A DNA stretch of 46,526 bases, the filler included, from Jimgerdemannia flammicorona (taxonomy: Eukaryota): the NCBI GenBank assembly GCA_003990765.1. It is 2 parts of 2 records of this genome, joined end to end, with 100 filler letters (N's around TTAATTAATTAA, not from the genome) between each part and the next. Parts side by side here need not be neighbours in the genome. Positions count along the whole stretch, not along the records: positions 1 to 23,214 come from RBNJ01001138.1; 1 more part is not named here. One strand, given 5' to 3'. A model generated the notes under the pieces. It was given only the letters and a program-made list of their open reading frames with translations, did no database searches and was not told the DNA's origin. Positions 12,001 through 22,876 of this stretch are shown one piece after another. Both the position numbers and the translations under genes were made by a program. Within the stretch, counting starts at the first letter, position 1. Each line of letters opens with the position of its first letter.

Positions 12001-15000
12001 CGTCAGTGCGAGGCAGAGCTCGAGCGCGTCCGGGGCGAGCTAGGGAATGCCGAACACGCCGCGGAAGACCTCGTTGAACAGGTGCGGGTGTTGAAGGGTC
12101 AAGTTGCGGTAGCCGAGGAGCGGCAGAAGGAAATCCAGGTGCAGGCGGATGGCGTAGACGAGAGAGTAAGAGTGATGGGTGCACGCGGGCCGGAAGACGA
12201 GGAGGCGTTGACGAGATTGCAGGAGGTGGAGAGAGTGAAGGCGAATTTGGAGGCAGTTATCGCGGAAAAGGAGGCGACGTTGGAACGGTTGAGGGCGGAG
12301 TCAAGTGAGGCGAAGGAGTCGCATGCAGCGATATTGGATGAGTTTAGATCGAGATATGAGGAAGTTCTTCGGACCAATAACGATCTGACTTTGGGCATCG
12401 AACAAGAACGATCTACGGTCGAGTCGCAGCAGTCGAGGCTTGCACAATTGGAGGAAGAGAATACCGGTCAGAAGGAGTCGGTTGATATCTTGTCGGAATC
12501 CTTGGAAGATCTAGAGAACACATTGGCACAACGGGATCGGGATTTGGCGGCGATGAAGCAGAAGATGGATGAACTTGATGGAACGGTCGTTCGGCTTGAA
12601 AGCGAATTGGCATTGGAGAGCACGAGGGCGGCGGACTTGATGGAGAGAGACACGGCTACCCCAGTCCTAGAGATGCAGAGAACCAAGCTCGAAGAACTCG
12701 AAAACTTGTTGATGGCCAAGGTACTCGAAGAGGATGGGTACAAGGCGAAGATTGCCAGCATGGAAGTGACCATGTCTGCGTTGCGTGATGAGATCGAGCA
12801 GATGGGTGTGACGACAATGACCCGGGGGCTTGAGACCGAGCTGCGTGAAGCGACAGAGAAGCTGCGCCTAACCGAACAAATGTACATGGAGAGCGAAAGC
12901 AAAATCAAGGAACTTGAGCAAGAGCTTGGTTCATCCCGGATCGTCGTTACTGAATTGGAATGTAAATGGAGTCAAGCGAAACAGAGCGTCGCTGATATCG
13001 AGGTCGCGTTCTCCGAGGCGTGTGGCAGAGTACAACAGGCTGAAGAAATTATGGCCAAGAACGGAGAAGAGAAGAACGCCCTTATTGCAACAATGGGCGA
13101 TCTCGAGTCGGTGAAGCAGGAGCTGGATTGTTTGTTGGAGACAGAACGGCAACGTCACGTTTCCCGCGATGCCGAGCTAGATAATCTGATGAGGGAGATC
13201 GACAATCAACAGGTTATCATTCAACGCCAAGCTACGAACCTCAGAACCCTCTGCTTCGAATTCGACGAGAAGGCGGCGCTGTTGGACGTTGACTCTCGGA
13301 AGGACAAAGAAGTAATCGAGAACCTCCGTCGTGATCTCGCGGAAGAGCAAAGCAAGTCCAAACAACTCGAGCAGACCGTCGAGGCCAAGAATAAGATGAT
13401 TAAACATCTTGAACTGGACACAAAGGATTACGAGATCACTGTGAAGGAGACAAACGCCACGCTTGCCAAGTTGCGCAACGAAGTGAAAGCCAAGAACGAA
13501 TTGATTGACGAATTGACGGTCAAGGAGGGAGAAAACGCGTCCGAGGCTGCAAAGCAGGTGCAGGAGTTGACGGCTCAATTCGAGACTATCAGGGCCGAGA
13601 ACGCGCATATGCGGGAATTTGCCGATGCAAAAATGGCAGAGATCAAGGTGTTAGCTGCCGAGATGGACGCCTTGCGGAGCCACAAGGATTATCACGATCG
13701 CCGGGTGACCGAATACGATCGGACGGTGCAGAGTCTCAGGGACGAGGTCGAGCGGTTGCGCAGCAAACAATTGGCGCCTGCCGTGGATGAGAGCACGGTG
13801 TGTCGGGTGCGGGAATTGGAGCAATTGGTGGGAAAACAGATGGATGAAATCGTGGGGCTTCGGGCGAGGATGGCGGATGCGGATGAGGCGAAGCGAGATA
13901 TGGAGAGGGAGGTGGCTCGGCTTGAGAAATTGGTGCAGGAGCGCGAGAAGGAGAATGCGGAACTGAACATGAAACTGTCGGAGGTTGAAAGGGTCATCGC
14001 TGCCAAGAAGGCCGAGGTTGACGAGATGAAGGTTGCGATCGACGAATTAAAGCTTGACAGGCAGGATTTGCAGGCAAAGCTTGACGCCGCGGAGAGATCT
14101 GTTAAGAAGCTGGATGCCACCAATGTCGAGCTTGACGCGACGGTCGAGAAATTGCAAGGCTCGTTGAAGGTCAAGACGTCTGAATTGGCCGATCTTAAGG
14201 AGAATCTATCGGTCGACACAGCCAAGAAACTCACGAACGCCCACGAGGAGATCGCCTCCCGACAAACGAAGCTTCGTACTCAAGCCAGCAGCGTCGGTGG
14301 TAAGCAAAAGGAGACTCAACGCGCAGTGGAAACTCTGGAACGCACTGTCAACAATCTGCGAAACAGCGTGCAGCTCAAGGAGACTCAGATTGCCAAATTC
14401 GAGGAGGACGTAAGCGGCCATCTAGAGGCACTTGAAGAACGCGCCAAGACCATTGCGCAATTGGAGGACAAGATCGCTGAGCTTACAGAGATGACCACAA
14501 AGTTGGAAGAAACCTTGCAAAACAACGCGACAGATCAAGAGCACACTGACGACAAGTATATGACAGTGCTGAAAGAGAATCGGAAGCTCAAGGATAAGAT
14601 GGAGTTGTACAAGAAGCAGAACAAAGCGTTGCAGGTCAAACTTCAGGAAGTGCAAGAAAAGCTTTTGTCGGTGCCGGCGTCGTCAGCAGCAGGTCCCGTA
14701 CAGGAAGTCGCTCATCGAGACGGGGTCATTACCGCTTCGCCTAGGGAGCCGAGCGAAGACGACAGGCTGTCGGCTGAATCAACGTCTACATCCGCGAAGT
14801 CAAATGCGCGCAAACGCCCGCTGAGCACCAGCGTCGGCGATTCCGACAGCGACTCGAACAAGCGGCGGATGACCGACAAGACGACACGCGCAACTCCAGC
14901 ACCAAGGCAGACGAGAAGCGCCGCGAACGCGACCGTTGCCGAAGATGGTATCAATTTCGAGATGCGGCGGACTAGGCGCAGTGGTCTGAAGGACGCACCG

Positions 15001-15366
15001 ACGGCCAAAACCGTCGAGTTGGTCATGGAAAAGAAGTTCCCTTCCGATGTCGTTGAGCTTGCGACGGCGGTTGGTTCTCCGTTGCAAGAGGTGACGAACA
15101 TTCGTGGCCCAACCAGCCCTGCGCAGGATAGGAAGAAGGGCACGCAGAAAAAAGATGCCATGGTGCCGACGACGGGAGAGTTGGTCACAGCGGGTGGTGC
15201 GATTAGGAAGATGGGTAGACGGTTGACGGTAGCATTGGGGCCCATGAGGGAGGTGGTGGAGCCCATGAGGGAGGCGGTGGAGCCCATGAGGGAGGCGGTG
15301 GAGCCGAATCAGGGGGACAGGAGCCAGCGGGAGCCGGAGCAGGAAAATCAGTGTGCCCAGCAGTGA
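9034..15366 (+). CDS. Giant intronless coiled-coil protein (~2110 aa from ATG 9034; the open frame extends to 8809) with a disordered tail, NLS and C-terminal CaaX box (CAQQ)
   Basis: 6.3-kb uninterrupted ORF with continuous E/K/Q/L/R heptads. Pro/Ser-rich head; tail with RKRPLS...NKRR, S/T-P sites and terminal ENQCAQQ*. Confidence 0.92.
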   Translation: MPPPQPSRLARPTSSSSGTTKRPESQGDPPAPPPSGLKRPASRELVRETGPPPTFGLCASSSSSIPATTHYDHDLVDLRAALARTEHDRDDLRRTVAEEQHAARMAREEAESHRGATDVLKLKLGTAQRDFEEVKKECKAILEQQEREMARKLAAIAERDEHERERLVMEEVWKAQDVWQQKLDEEVKRREGVENKCKDLEIEVEAADRVAVAMQQRLAELAAQVKGLETANESLEKEKKITETTAKETERSLYGADALVSELRSEIQRKDSSICELKTRLTESEQARRDTDAQLQQAKLVTEKMSSQNAEELARMRDHHWALERDLAQSSDLAEFSANEATCLREQVTTLTAQLDAELTRRTCVEEVQAQCGEARATAAVLEETVATLRRELEQAGQNTRQADGNHTAWMENLEREQSCNKEMEKQLEQHDETMRHHEAELVRVSAICNVQEDTIRKLNENASALQGKKAELERAIEDAMHQIASYKEDMARLHSDAQNTEQASAEAERFQGEIHARDAAIGELNMNIAVLQDELGAARASIDEQDDRIVAHGEDIVRLEAMLRAADEKAAELGVQAQKMAVEETEMREEIVTMRERFTEADKMVSELSGRVVGLQAALDAKTAEVEGMVGQREHAVEEVSKLKEELATVMELRDIAVKKYEEETAPNDRAAQAAQGKVDELSAQISMLETGTKEKASEIQQLRQQVSAAQSTINELNEQVSNLQDDLGANMSQADTADQLRQTEVEELRRARKELLASVTQCEDAMRGYREEIARLEGEVRAKEEIVQSLVERVGSLEAEKGPTEEIVRQLRWQVENANAVVEDLRSKVLKLQSEAQEQSGHVNALIERDEENRETIDALKAAKQELSVLVEQKEQGIQQQKRIIDSMKTDMQKREEIAVEFEQRLASLQDEIAIKEEEHGAIRALLGDPGMSMAEVAGRIAETKAQLEQQTFRVNGLLCEQEAVLVRAQAAQAETAAEVERKEETVRQCEAELERVRGELGNAEHAAEDLVEQVRVLKGQVAVAEERQKEIQVQADGVDERVRVMGARGPEDEEALTRLQEVERVKANLEAVIAEKEATLERLRAESSEAKESHAAILDEFRSRYEEVLRTNNDLTLGIEQERSTVESQQSRLAQLEEENTGQKESVDILSESLEDLENTLAQRDRDLAAMKQKMDELDGTVVRLESELALESTRAADLMERDTATPVLEMQRTKLEELENLLMAKVLEEDGYKAKIASMEVTMSALRDEIEQMGVTTMTRGLETELREATEKLRLTEQMYMESESKIKELEQELGSSRIVVTELECKWSQAKQSVADIEVAFSEACGRVQQAEEIMAKNGEEKNALIATMGDLESVKQELDCLLETERQRHVSRDAELDNLMREIDNQQVIIQRQATNLRTLCFEFDEKAALLDVDSRKDKEVIENLRRDLAEEQSKSKQLEQTVEAKNKMIKHLELDTKDYEITVKETNATLAKLRNEVKAKNELIDELTVKEGENASEAAKQVQELTAQFETIRAENAHMREFADAKMAEIKVLAAEMDALRSHKDYHDRRVTEYDRTVQSLRDEVERLRSKQLAPAVDESTVCRVRELEQLVGKQMDEIVGLRARMADADEAKRDMEREVARLEKLVQEREKENAELNMKLSEVERVIAAKKAEVDEMKVAIDELKLDRQDLQAKLDAAERSVKKLDATNVELDATVEKLQGSLKVKTSELADLKENLSVDTAKKLTNAHEEIASRQTKLRTQASSVGGKQKETQRAVETLERTVNNLRNSVQLKETQIAKFEEDVSGHLEALEERAKTIAQLEDKIAELTEMTTKLEETLQNNATDQEHTDDKYMTVLKENRKLKDKMELYKKQNKALQVKLQEVQEKLLSVPASSAAGPVQEVAHRDGVITASPREPSEDDRLSAESTSTSAKSNARKRPLSTSVGDSDSDSNKRRMTDKTTRATPAPRQTRSAANATVAEDGINFEMRRTRRSGLKDAPTAKTVELVMEKKFPSDVVELATAVGSPLQEVTNIRGPTSPAQDRKKGTQKKDAMVPTTGELVTAGGAIRKMGRRLTVALGPMREVVEPMREAVEPMREAVEPNQGDRSQREPEQENQCAQQ
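15241..15303 (+). repeat. 21-bp coding repeat (PMREAVE, 3 copies) just before the CaaX tail
   Basis: CCCATGAGGGAGG(T/C)GGTGGAG x3. Confidence 0.9.
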
Positions 15367-15863
15367 TGTCGGTATAAGGTTGGATGGAGAACACATTATT
15401 GTTTTCCGGGGGCTCGTGTTCCCCTCAGTGAAGGGCTGCTTTTCTATTTTTTTTTTTTTTGTTTGTGTTCAAAGTTGATAATGTTGGGAGAAACATCCTT
15501 CGCGTGACATCACTAAACAGATGTCACGATATCCAAATCGGGTATTGATGCGCGCTATTCCCCATACGTATAATTGTGTCTGAACTGGTCTTTATATAAA
15601 TGTTTGGGACTTTTGTCTGGGCTATGCGCGAGGTTCGCGATCGGCTAGGGGTGAGCTAGTTTCACTCAAGAGTCCCAATACATTGATATGCTGTAATGTA
15701 ATGTCAACACAATGATATAATAACGCGCACAATGATATATATACATGCCATTCTGATGGCGAATAAAATGAGTCAGAACATGCTCGTGGCGAGAATCTCG
15801 AATAAAATAAATAAAAGGGAGGGCCGCTTTGTTCATCCTCGCGCCCAACTGGTGCGATCGTCG

Positions 15864-17606
15864 TCATGTTCTCGAGGACGTCGAGGTCGACGCGTCCGGC
15901 ACCATCGACAACGTCGCAAACTCACCACTCTGCGCCGCCTCCACCTCCACTGCATTCCCGGCCCCCACCGCCAACTCCTGCGCCGCACTCTCCGTACTCG
16001 CCTCTTCCGCCACCACGGTACCTTCATCATCCATCTGCGCCGTCACGCCATCACCATCAATCTGGACCACGACATCGTGTGGCCCCGAATCAACATCTGG
16101 AATACCGGCTTCAAGCAGCTCGGTCGGGACGTCGGCATCAGACTTCTCGGGATCACGAAGCTCAGGGGGTAGGCAGTCGAATTTACAGATCGGGCAGAGG
16201 GCCGTTTCAGTCAGGAGCCAGGGGTCTGCAGAGAAAGAAGGCGAGAAAATGAGTGAATAAGTACGGCGAGAGGTTCGGGGAATGCCTCCTAAAGTTTAAA
16301 CTGCGAGTGGAAAACACAGACAAACTCTCCAATACACACTCACCCACACACTCCCTACAAAACCCGTGCTGACACGGTAAAATTCTGACTGTCTCCTCGT
16401 CCCCAATCTTCCACGTCTGCGCATCGGCCAGCTCCTCGAGGCAGATGGCGCACTCCGAGTTCTTGCACACGCCCGGCTCGTAGCGCACCACGCGGAACGT
16501 CGCGAGCACCTCAGCGGGGATCAGCGGGGTGCCGCGGCGGAGGATCGCCACGGGCGCGGGCGGCGGGTGTGCTGGGAAATTGGACCGGATGCGGCGCCAT
16601 TTGTATAAGATGAAGCCTAGAGGGAGGGGAGGGCGGGAAAGGAGGGAGATGAGCCGAACATATAAAGGTGGAAAATTCTCCTATAAGTATTCGCACACCA
16701 CTCCATGCCTATTCACTCACCCACCAAAGAGGCCCCTCCAAAAATGATAACCCACGGCCACCCCTTTTGAAAACCAAACACAGTCGCCTGCTCCGTAGTC
16801 AAATGGGTCTGAACATTCACGATCTCCAATCTCACAAACTCCCTCACCCCCTCCGGAGCCACCGCATCCCTCCTCTGCACGACATCGGTCAACAATATGG
16901 CACCATACACTCCCAGAACGAATATAGTGGGCACAAATCCCTTCGCCGAGGCCGACACGCCGTCCGGTATGTCGTTGTCAGCGTACTTCGTCGTGTTGAC
17001 GTCGTCCCCGGAATAGGACGGCGTGGTCTGGTTGACGTTGTTCCGAATCACGGCCCCCACTAGCGTAAGGCCGAGCGAAGCGCTGGTGTCAAGGGCGTTC
17101 ACGAGTTTTGTGTGCCACGTACAGAGGCCACCGTGTTTGATCAGGGCGATGATCGGGGTCGAGGTAAGAGCGCGGGGAAGCGGGAGAGAGAGTAAGTTGA
17201 AGGTCATGAAGGGGAGGGTTGTGGCATTACAAGAGAGGTCGAAATCGAGGAGGATGCCCTTGAGGGGAGAGAGGGGGGAGAGGGTGAAAATATTGATTTT
17301 TTTTCTTTTTTCATGTCGATCGTCACCTTCCGGAAAAAAAAAAAAGTTCTCTTGACTACCTACACGCACTAACGCATTATTCGAGTCGTTAGGCACTACG
17401 TTGACGATCCAGTCGTTGTATTTTTTCATGGGGATTGCGGGATTCTCATTGTCGAGGAAGCTCCCGTTGCCCTTGGCCGGGTCATAGATCACTCGTCGCT
17501 GAAAGAAGTACGTTGCGCCTGGACAGCAGTACGCGCCCACTCGGGAGGCAGGGATCAGGCACAAGGCCGCGAACAAGCGCCACATGCGACGGCGAGGGGT
17601 GACCAT
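15864..17606 (-). CDS. PA-TM-RING E3 ubiquitin ligase (RNF13/RNF130/RMR-like), paralogue A. Exons approx. 17606-17370, 17258-16721, 16616-16344, 16225-15864
   Basis: Signal peptide; PA domain (IALIKHGGLCTWHTKLVNA...VGAVIRNN...VPTIFV); TM segment (WPWVIIFGGASLVGFILY); basic stop-transfer; spliced RING CAICLEEL...[27 protein letters not shown]; three GT-AG introns keep the frame. Confidence 0.88.
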
Positions 17607-18063
17607 GATGATGGTGTCGGTGCGAGTGGCCCGACGGGCAGTTCATGGACGCGTCGAAGAAAGAAGAAAAAAAAGGCGACGTCAATTCCCTGTGGTTTCT
17701 ACGGCCGCCTCGGTGTGGGGCCCGATAACGAACCAGGATCGGAGCATCTTATCGCCTGCGCCACCAAGGACAAGAGGAATCTTCTGTCACATCCGACTGT
17801 CATCCCCTCCCTATTAGGCAGTATGTTTACCACAATGAGCATCGGAATGGCTAAGGATGGATGAACATTTACAAGGAATGATGGATGTGGCAGCCCTCTG
17901 GATATTGTACACCCTGTCCCTGGACGGGAGAGGTATAATGCATTACAAAGGAAATATGTGCAATGTTTCTCGGTGCGTTCATGCGGAAATAATGACGAAA
18001 AGCAAAAAAGATTTCAGGCGTTGGCACCATCAAAAAACCAAGACAACCCCACTCAAGACAACG

Positions 18064-19900
18064 CTATTGTATGGTCTCCTTTGCGACAACGCGCTCTTCC
18101 TCCTTACCCTGCTCACTCGCCTCCCCCTTCCTCTCCTCCAGCATACTCCGCCTCTCCCTCTCCCTCGCCTCGACGTCCAACCTGCCGACCTGCTCCCATA
18201 TTACGCCCGTGTCGGGCTTGCTCGTCAGTGCTGCCAACTCGATGATAGCTACACCCTCGTCCGCGCCCGACGTGGTGGTAGACGTAGGCTCCAACACGAC
18301 GCCCTCCTCCCCCGCGGCCGACGGTTTGGGGGGTGAACAATCGAATTTGCAGATCGGGCACTGCGCGATTTTGGTTGAGAGCCATGGGTCTTTTGGGGTG
18401 AAGAAGATATTAGCAGGGGATTCAGAAATAAAAACAAAATAAAATAAAAAATCTTTCAAATCTCGCAAACCATAGTCGAAAAAACATAACCCACCGATAC
18501 ACTCAACGCAGAATCCATGCCCGCAAGGTAGAACACGCACGGTGCTTTCTCCTTCGATAAAGTCGTCGAGGCAGATGGCACAGGACTGGTTCTTGGTGGC
18601 TTCGACGTCGTACAAGCGGACGATAAAGGTGTCGAGAACGTCCTTGGGCAACATGCAGAGGTTGCGGGCCTGAATGCGGCGGCGCCGTATGAGACGCCGG
18701 ATGTAGCGGCGATGCAGGCGGAAGATGAGGGTGGCTGTTGGGTGGAGGAGTTGGGGATATGAGTTTGCGATGAGAAGGAAAAATTCGTGGGAAAGACCTT
18801 CTATGCGGGATATCGAGGACGACCGAATTTGTGAATGGCGAAATAGTAGATACATTACCCAACAGCATTGTTATCCCCGCCATCACAATCCCGGGCACCC
18901 AGTTCTTGAGGAACGACATCCAGAACCCGCCCGTGTTAGCCGCCGCGCTACTATTGAACATCCTGATCCTGACAAAATCTCTGCTCCCGGGCCTCCAATA
19001 CACGGACCCATTGAAAGCCAAATTGTGCAACGCCAGCCCAAGCGAGTTCCCGATGAACACGGTAGGGACCCAGTAGAAGTTTTGTGCGTTTCCCAAAGCG
19101 GCGATCGAGGAGTCGATGTCGTTGTCCGGATAGATGCTGATGTTCCAAGCGTTAGAAGACAGGACGCGGCTGGTGATGGACAGGTCCGTCTGGTTGTCGT
19201 ACAGAATCACACCGGTGAGGATTAGGCCCGCAAACGAGGCCGTCATTTTCGCGCTCTCTATCTTGGTGGTGAACGTGCAGTCACCGCCGCGTTGGATGAG
19301 CGCGATGATTGGCGAAGTCTGAATGATTGACAACGTCGTGTTATCAAGGTTGTTGTCGGTAAGGAAAGCCGTGGATGGAGTGAACGCGCAGGAAGTGTTG
19401 AAATGGAGGAGGAGGCCCTGTGGATTAGGGGGAAGGGGGGAGCTTGGAGGGTTAGATCGCGAGCTCTTTTGGAGGACGTCAGAGGCTTTTTTTGACGCAT
19501 GTAAACACAAGCGCGCGCCTCGCACTGCAATAAAAAGTTTGCGCTCCCATCAACCCAATACGAGTTCAAATACTGTAGGACCACGAACCTTCAATCCCAC
19601 GCCCCCCATGTACTGCTCGTTCGGCACGACGTTGATGATCTTGTCGTCCGTGAATGCATAACTCCCAGCGAGGGTGTCGATCTGATCAATGACAGGGTCC
19701 GCATTCTCAGGCTCCTCGGGGTTCAGGTTGATGAAGACGAACTCCTGGAACATGGTGGCGCCGTTATTTGCACAACAATCAGCCTTCACGGTGGAAGGAA
19801 CGGAAGCGAGTACGAGCAGCACGAGCCACGCACACAGACATATTGACAGACGCGACGGGTGTGAGGCGTGACGGTTCGGCATCAATGGGTATGTGTACAT
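18064..19900 (-). CDS. PA-TM-RING E3 ubiquitin ligase, paralogue B. Exons approx. 19900 (or 19882)-19589, 19417-18859, 18734-18495, 18389-18064
   Basis: Signal peptide (LSICLCAWLVLLVLASVPSTVKA); PA domain (IALIQRGGDCTFTTKIESA...GVILYDN...VPTVFIG); TM segment; RING CAICLDDFIEGESTVRVLPCGHGFCVECIDPWLSTKIAQCPICK; introns at the same positions and phases as paralogue A. Confidence 0.9.
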
Positions 19901-20182
19901 GTGTGCTCCTTTGTAGCGATGCGGTGGAGGTGTTTTGAGAGTGCGGAGTGGCGCATGGAGGGGGGAGGCTTTCATGGCTGCGGATTAGTAAATCAGTGAG
20001 CGTTAAAGACGGGTTTGGAAGTCGTCTGACAAGGCAACCAATCACATTACCAGTACACAAATCACCTACATTCACAGCAGCAGCCATGTCATTCTCTCCC
20101 CTTGTCCCCGCCCGGATTTCTTGCCCGAGGCGACGTTCCCAGCACTTCTTCCACAAGAGTCAGAGTTTTCCCCTTCGGGCCT

Positions 20183-20229
20183 GACCTACGACAGGGACCT
20201 ACGACAGGGACCTACGCCAGGGACCTACC
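20183..20229. repeat. 13-bp tandem repeat (GACCTACGACAGG, ~3.5 copies) upstream of RING paralogue B
   Basis: Directly visible. Confidence 0.85.
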
Positions 20230-21439
20230 ATGCATCATCACATATATCTATTGTAAAAATTACCTTAATATACTAACTACGCTCATTTTGTAACCTATCT
20301 GCGCAATTCGCACAGTAACCGCGCTAACCCATAGTAAGCGAATAATCCATCCATCCTCGCCGTATGCCTCGCTTTGGATGATTGATCGGGGAAGAAAAGG
20401 GCCCGTTCCAAATTGAGCCTAGCCTCGTGCCAAAAATCTGACACGTAACTTATATACTCAGTCTGCATCCCATCACGGTCAGTCTCCCGAGTTTGCACCA
20501 TCGCATCGTACGACACACACACCAGCCAAGGTCACTGGCCCGCGGGTCAGTTAACATCCTAGGCCCTTTTTAGCGTTTGGGTAGGTCACGCTCCAGACCT
20601 CCATCTTCTATATAGAAAAAAAAGAAAAAAAAAAATGACGACAGCCGCACTGTAAACCTCCAGGACTGCTACCTAATGCATCTCATGGTCCCATGGGAAG
20701 TGTTTCAATTGATGGTTGCCTCATCTCCTGATCAATAATAACAGATGCTCCATGTCAAAATTATCGGTCCACACATATGTATAGCACTGACCATCCCCTT
20801 AATACCTATCGTAAAATGACTCGTAAAGCCCCCCGAATGCATTTCAACCGACGAGATCTGCGGTTTTCTGTGTGGCTTTGAACCGTTCGTTCCGGCGAAA
20901 GCCACCCTACCTCAGTGGCAATGCAGGTCTATTAAGACGGACCTGCGTCATGGGGATTGCGGCTGGATATTGTTGGCCATCATTTTACTTACATGTCAAG
21001 CCAGCCGTAACGGACTACTACCCAACGAATGCCCAATGAGAAAGTTGGAGGAAATTACGCACACAGAGACAGCAGACAGCACAGGCCAGCCGAGCGGTCG
21101 CACCAAGGTCTGTGCGGAAGTGTTCATTCAGTTCAATCGGTCCCAGTGCGCTGCTCCTCGTGGTTACAAGGAAATCTCGTGTTTATAGGGAATCTTTTAA
21201 TCTTCAAATCACGCCATCATTTTCGGTCTTCAAAATCATACAAGACTCCGCCTAAAAAAAACAAAAAACAAACACTATAATTTAAGCGTTGTTTCTGGGA
21301 TTGAAACCCTCTCAAATAGCCAATCATTCCTAGCACTGCATCATTGTATCGTTGAGAAATAAAAGGAAACCTTTTCCGTAGCGACATGCGCATGAATCTC
21401 AAATTTTCCATCCTCGAAGTTACAGCTCAAATGAACATG

Positions 21440-22200
21440 CCAGCTGCGCAAAACCCCACCCAACGATATTCACCCTGGCAACGTTGTCTTCAAGGATACA
21501 ATAGACGAAGCCGTCCTCGTCGACCTCGGACTCAGCCGGTCCATTCAGGTCCTCCATGATGAAAACAAAATCTACGGCCGACTCGAGCACCTCCCACCTG
21601 AGATCGCCTAGGGGCAAGCAAGCCACATACAGCAGCGTCGGATATGACTACTTTGGCAAAGTCTGGCAGACGGTCACCCCGCGGTACGCGGTCCGTGTTT
21701 GTCCCGCCCGAATACAGAAGGACAGAAGGAGGTTATTCCGGAAACTCCCAAGGTATCTGGGTTTCAATCGGCTGAAATAGCTAGTTAGAGTTTTTTGTTT
21801 TTTGTTTTATTTTTGACATAGGCCAATTAAAACAGATGCTTGCACGCCGTCGTCATCAAGGAACAGCGGACGGCTCATAAACCGCGTAGAATGAACAGCT
21901 CTATCGGATATGACTCGGGAGGGGTCGGTACATATTGGTAAGTGTGGTCGGGGGCCAAGATGTGGATTGGGTGCTGGATTTTTGACGCTCGCCGCAGCTG
22001 CTTATCTGACTCTGGAGGATTGGGCATTAGTATGGTACGAACGTGGGCACGGACACGAGGAACGCGCAGTGCATGAGATGAGCCAATGCTAAGGGACGGA
22101 GGTCGTAGTGTGTGGGTGCGATCAGGGGTGCCGACCATTTGGGGAACATAATTACGAGGTGACTGCTGATCTGGGAAATTCGTTCGGGCATGGTACCGAT
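21440..22200 (+). pseudogene. Degenerate TKL-like protein kinase fragment(s)
   Basis: A frame missing from the ORF track (from ~21462) reads NDIHPGNVVFKDTIDEAVLVDLGLSRSIQVLHDENKIYGRLEHLPPEIA*, i.e. catalytic loop, DLG and APE-like motif. Frameshifted subdomain IX remnants follow, and LLIWEIRSGMVP occurs at ~22163-22198. Confidence 0.75.
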
Positions 22201-22312
22201 CACTCTCGGTTGCTTTTTTGACTCTCGGTTGCTTTTTTGATGCCAAGTATTGTGCGTGCAAAAACATTGACACATCCCCCCCACAAACAAGGACTCTCGC
22301 CCCCCCGTCCGC

Positions 22313-22410
22313 CCCAAGGACGGAGGAACATTCTTCCCTCCCCTCCTCCCAAGGACGGAGGAACATTCCCTCAAGGACGAAGGAACATCTCCCCCTTTGG
22401 AACATTCCCC
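22313..22410. repeat. Imperfect repeats of CCAAGGACGGAGGAACATTC (3-4 copies)
   Basis: Directly visible; a separate 19-bp duplication ACTCTCGGTTGCTTTTTTG lies at 22202-22239. Confidence 0.75.
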
Positions 22411-22876
22411 TACGCTCCTCCACTCTGACACATCCATATCCGGAGCACGCTGCGCCGTTGCAGTCACCTGGAGGTCCCCCTCCACCTACCGGTACCTTCC
22501 ATACCTGGGACCCGATGGGATGTCAACCAAGCGTTGCTGGCACAACCCCCAACATGCTTCTTCCGAGAATTCCCGCTGCATCACAAGCTACCAACATCGC
22601 CACCACCGCAACCTTCGGTTCCGCCTACTTGACGGGTCGCACTCGCCACAGTATCTTCCCCATTCTTCACCGCGAAGCAGCTTCTCGGCACCTGGAACAT
22701 TCCTCGTTAGAGAGCAATCACTCCAGACGTCGAACCCGCCGCAATCGCCGTTGCCCGTAAACAGTTACTACCTCCGCCATTATCGCCACGATACCTTTCT
22801 CGCCTTCTGCGTCATAAGTCAATCAATCTCTCGACTTTGATAAACACGCAACGACGTTCCGTCGCCAAAATTGACT

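Noticed and set aside
9034..15366. Calling the coiled-coil protein myosin, SMC or kinesin
   Set aside because: No P-loop, motor or hinge motifs seen; no gene symbol assigned
8900..15396. Many antisense ORFs within the coiled-coil gene
   Set aside because: Shadow ORFs caused by codon bias; no independent motifs
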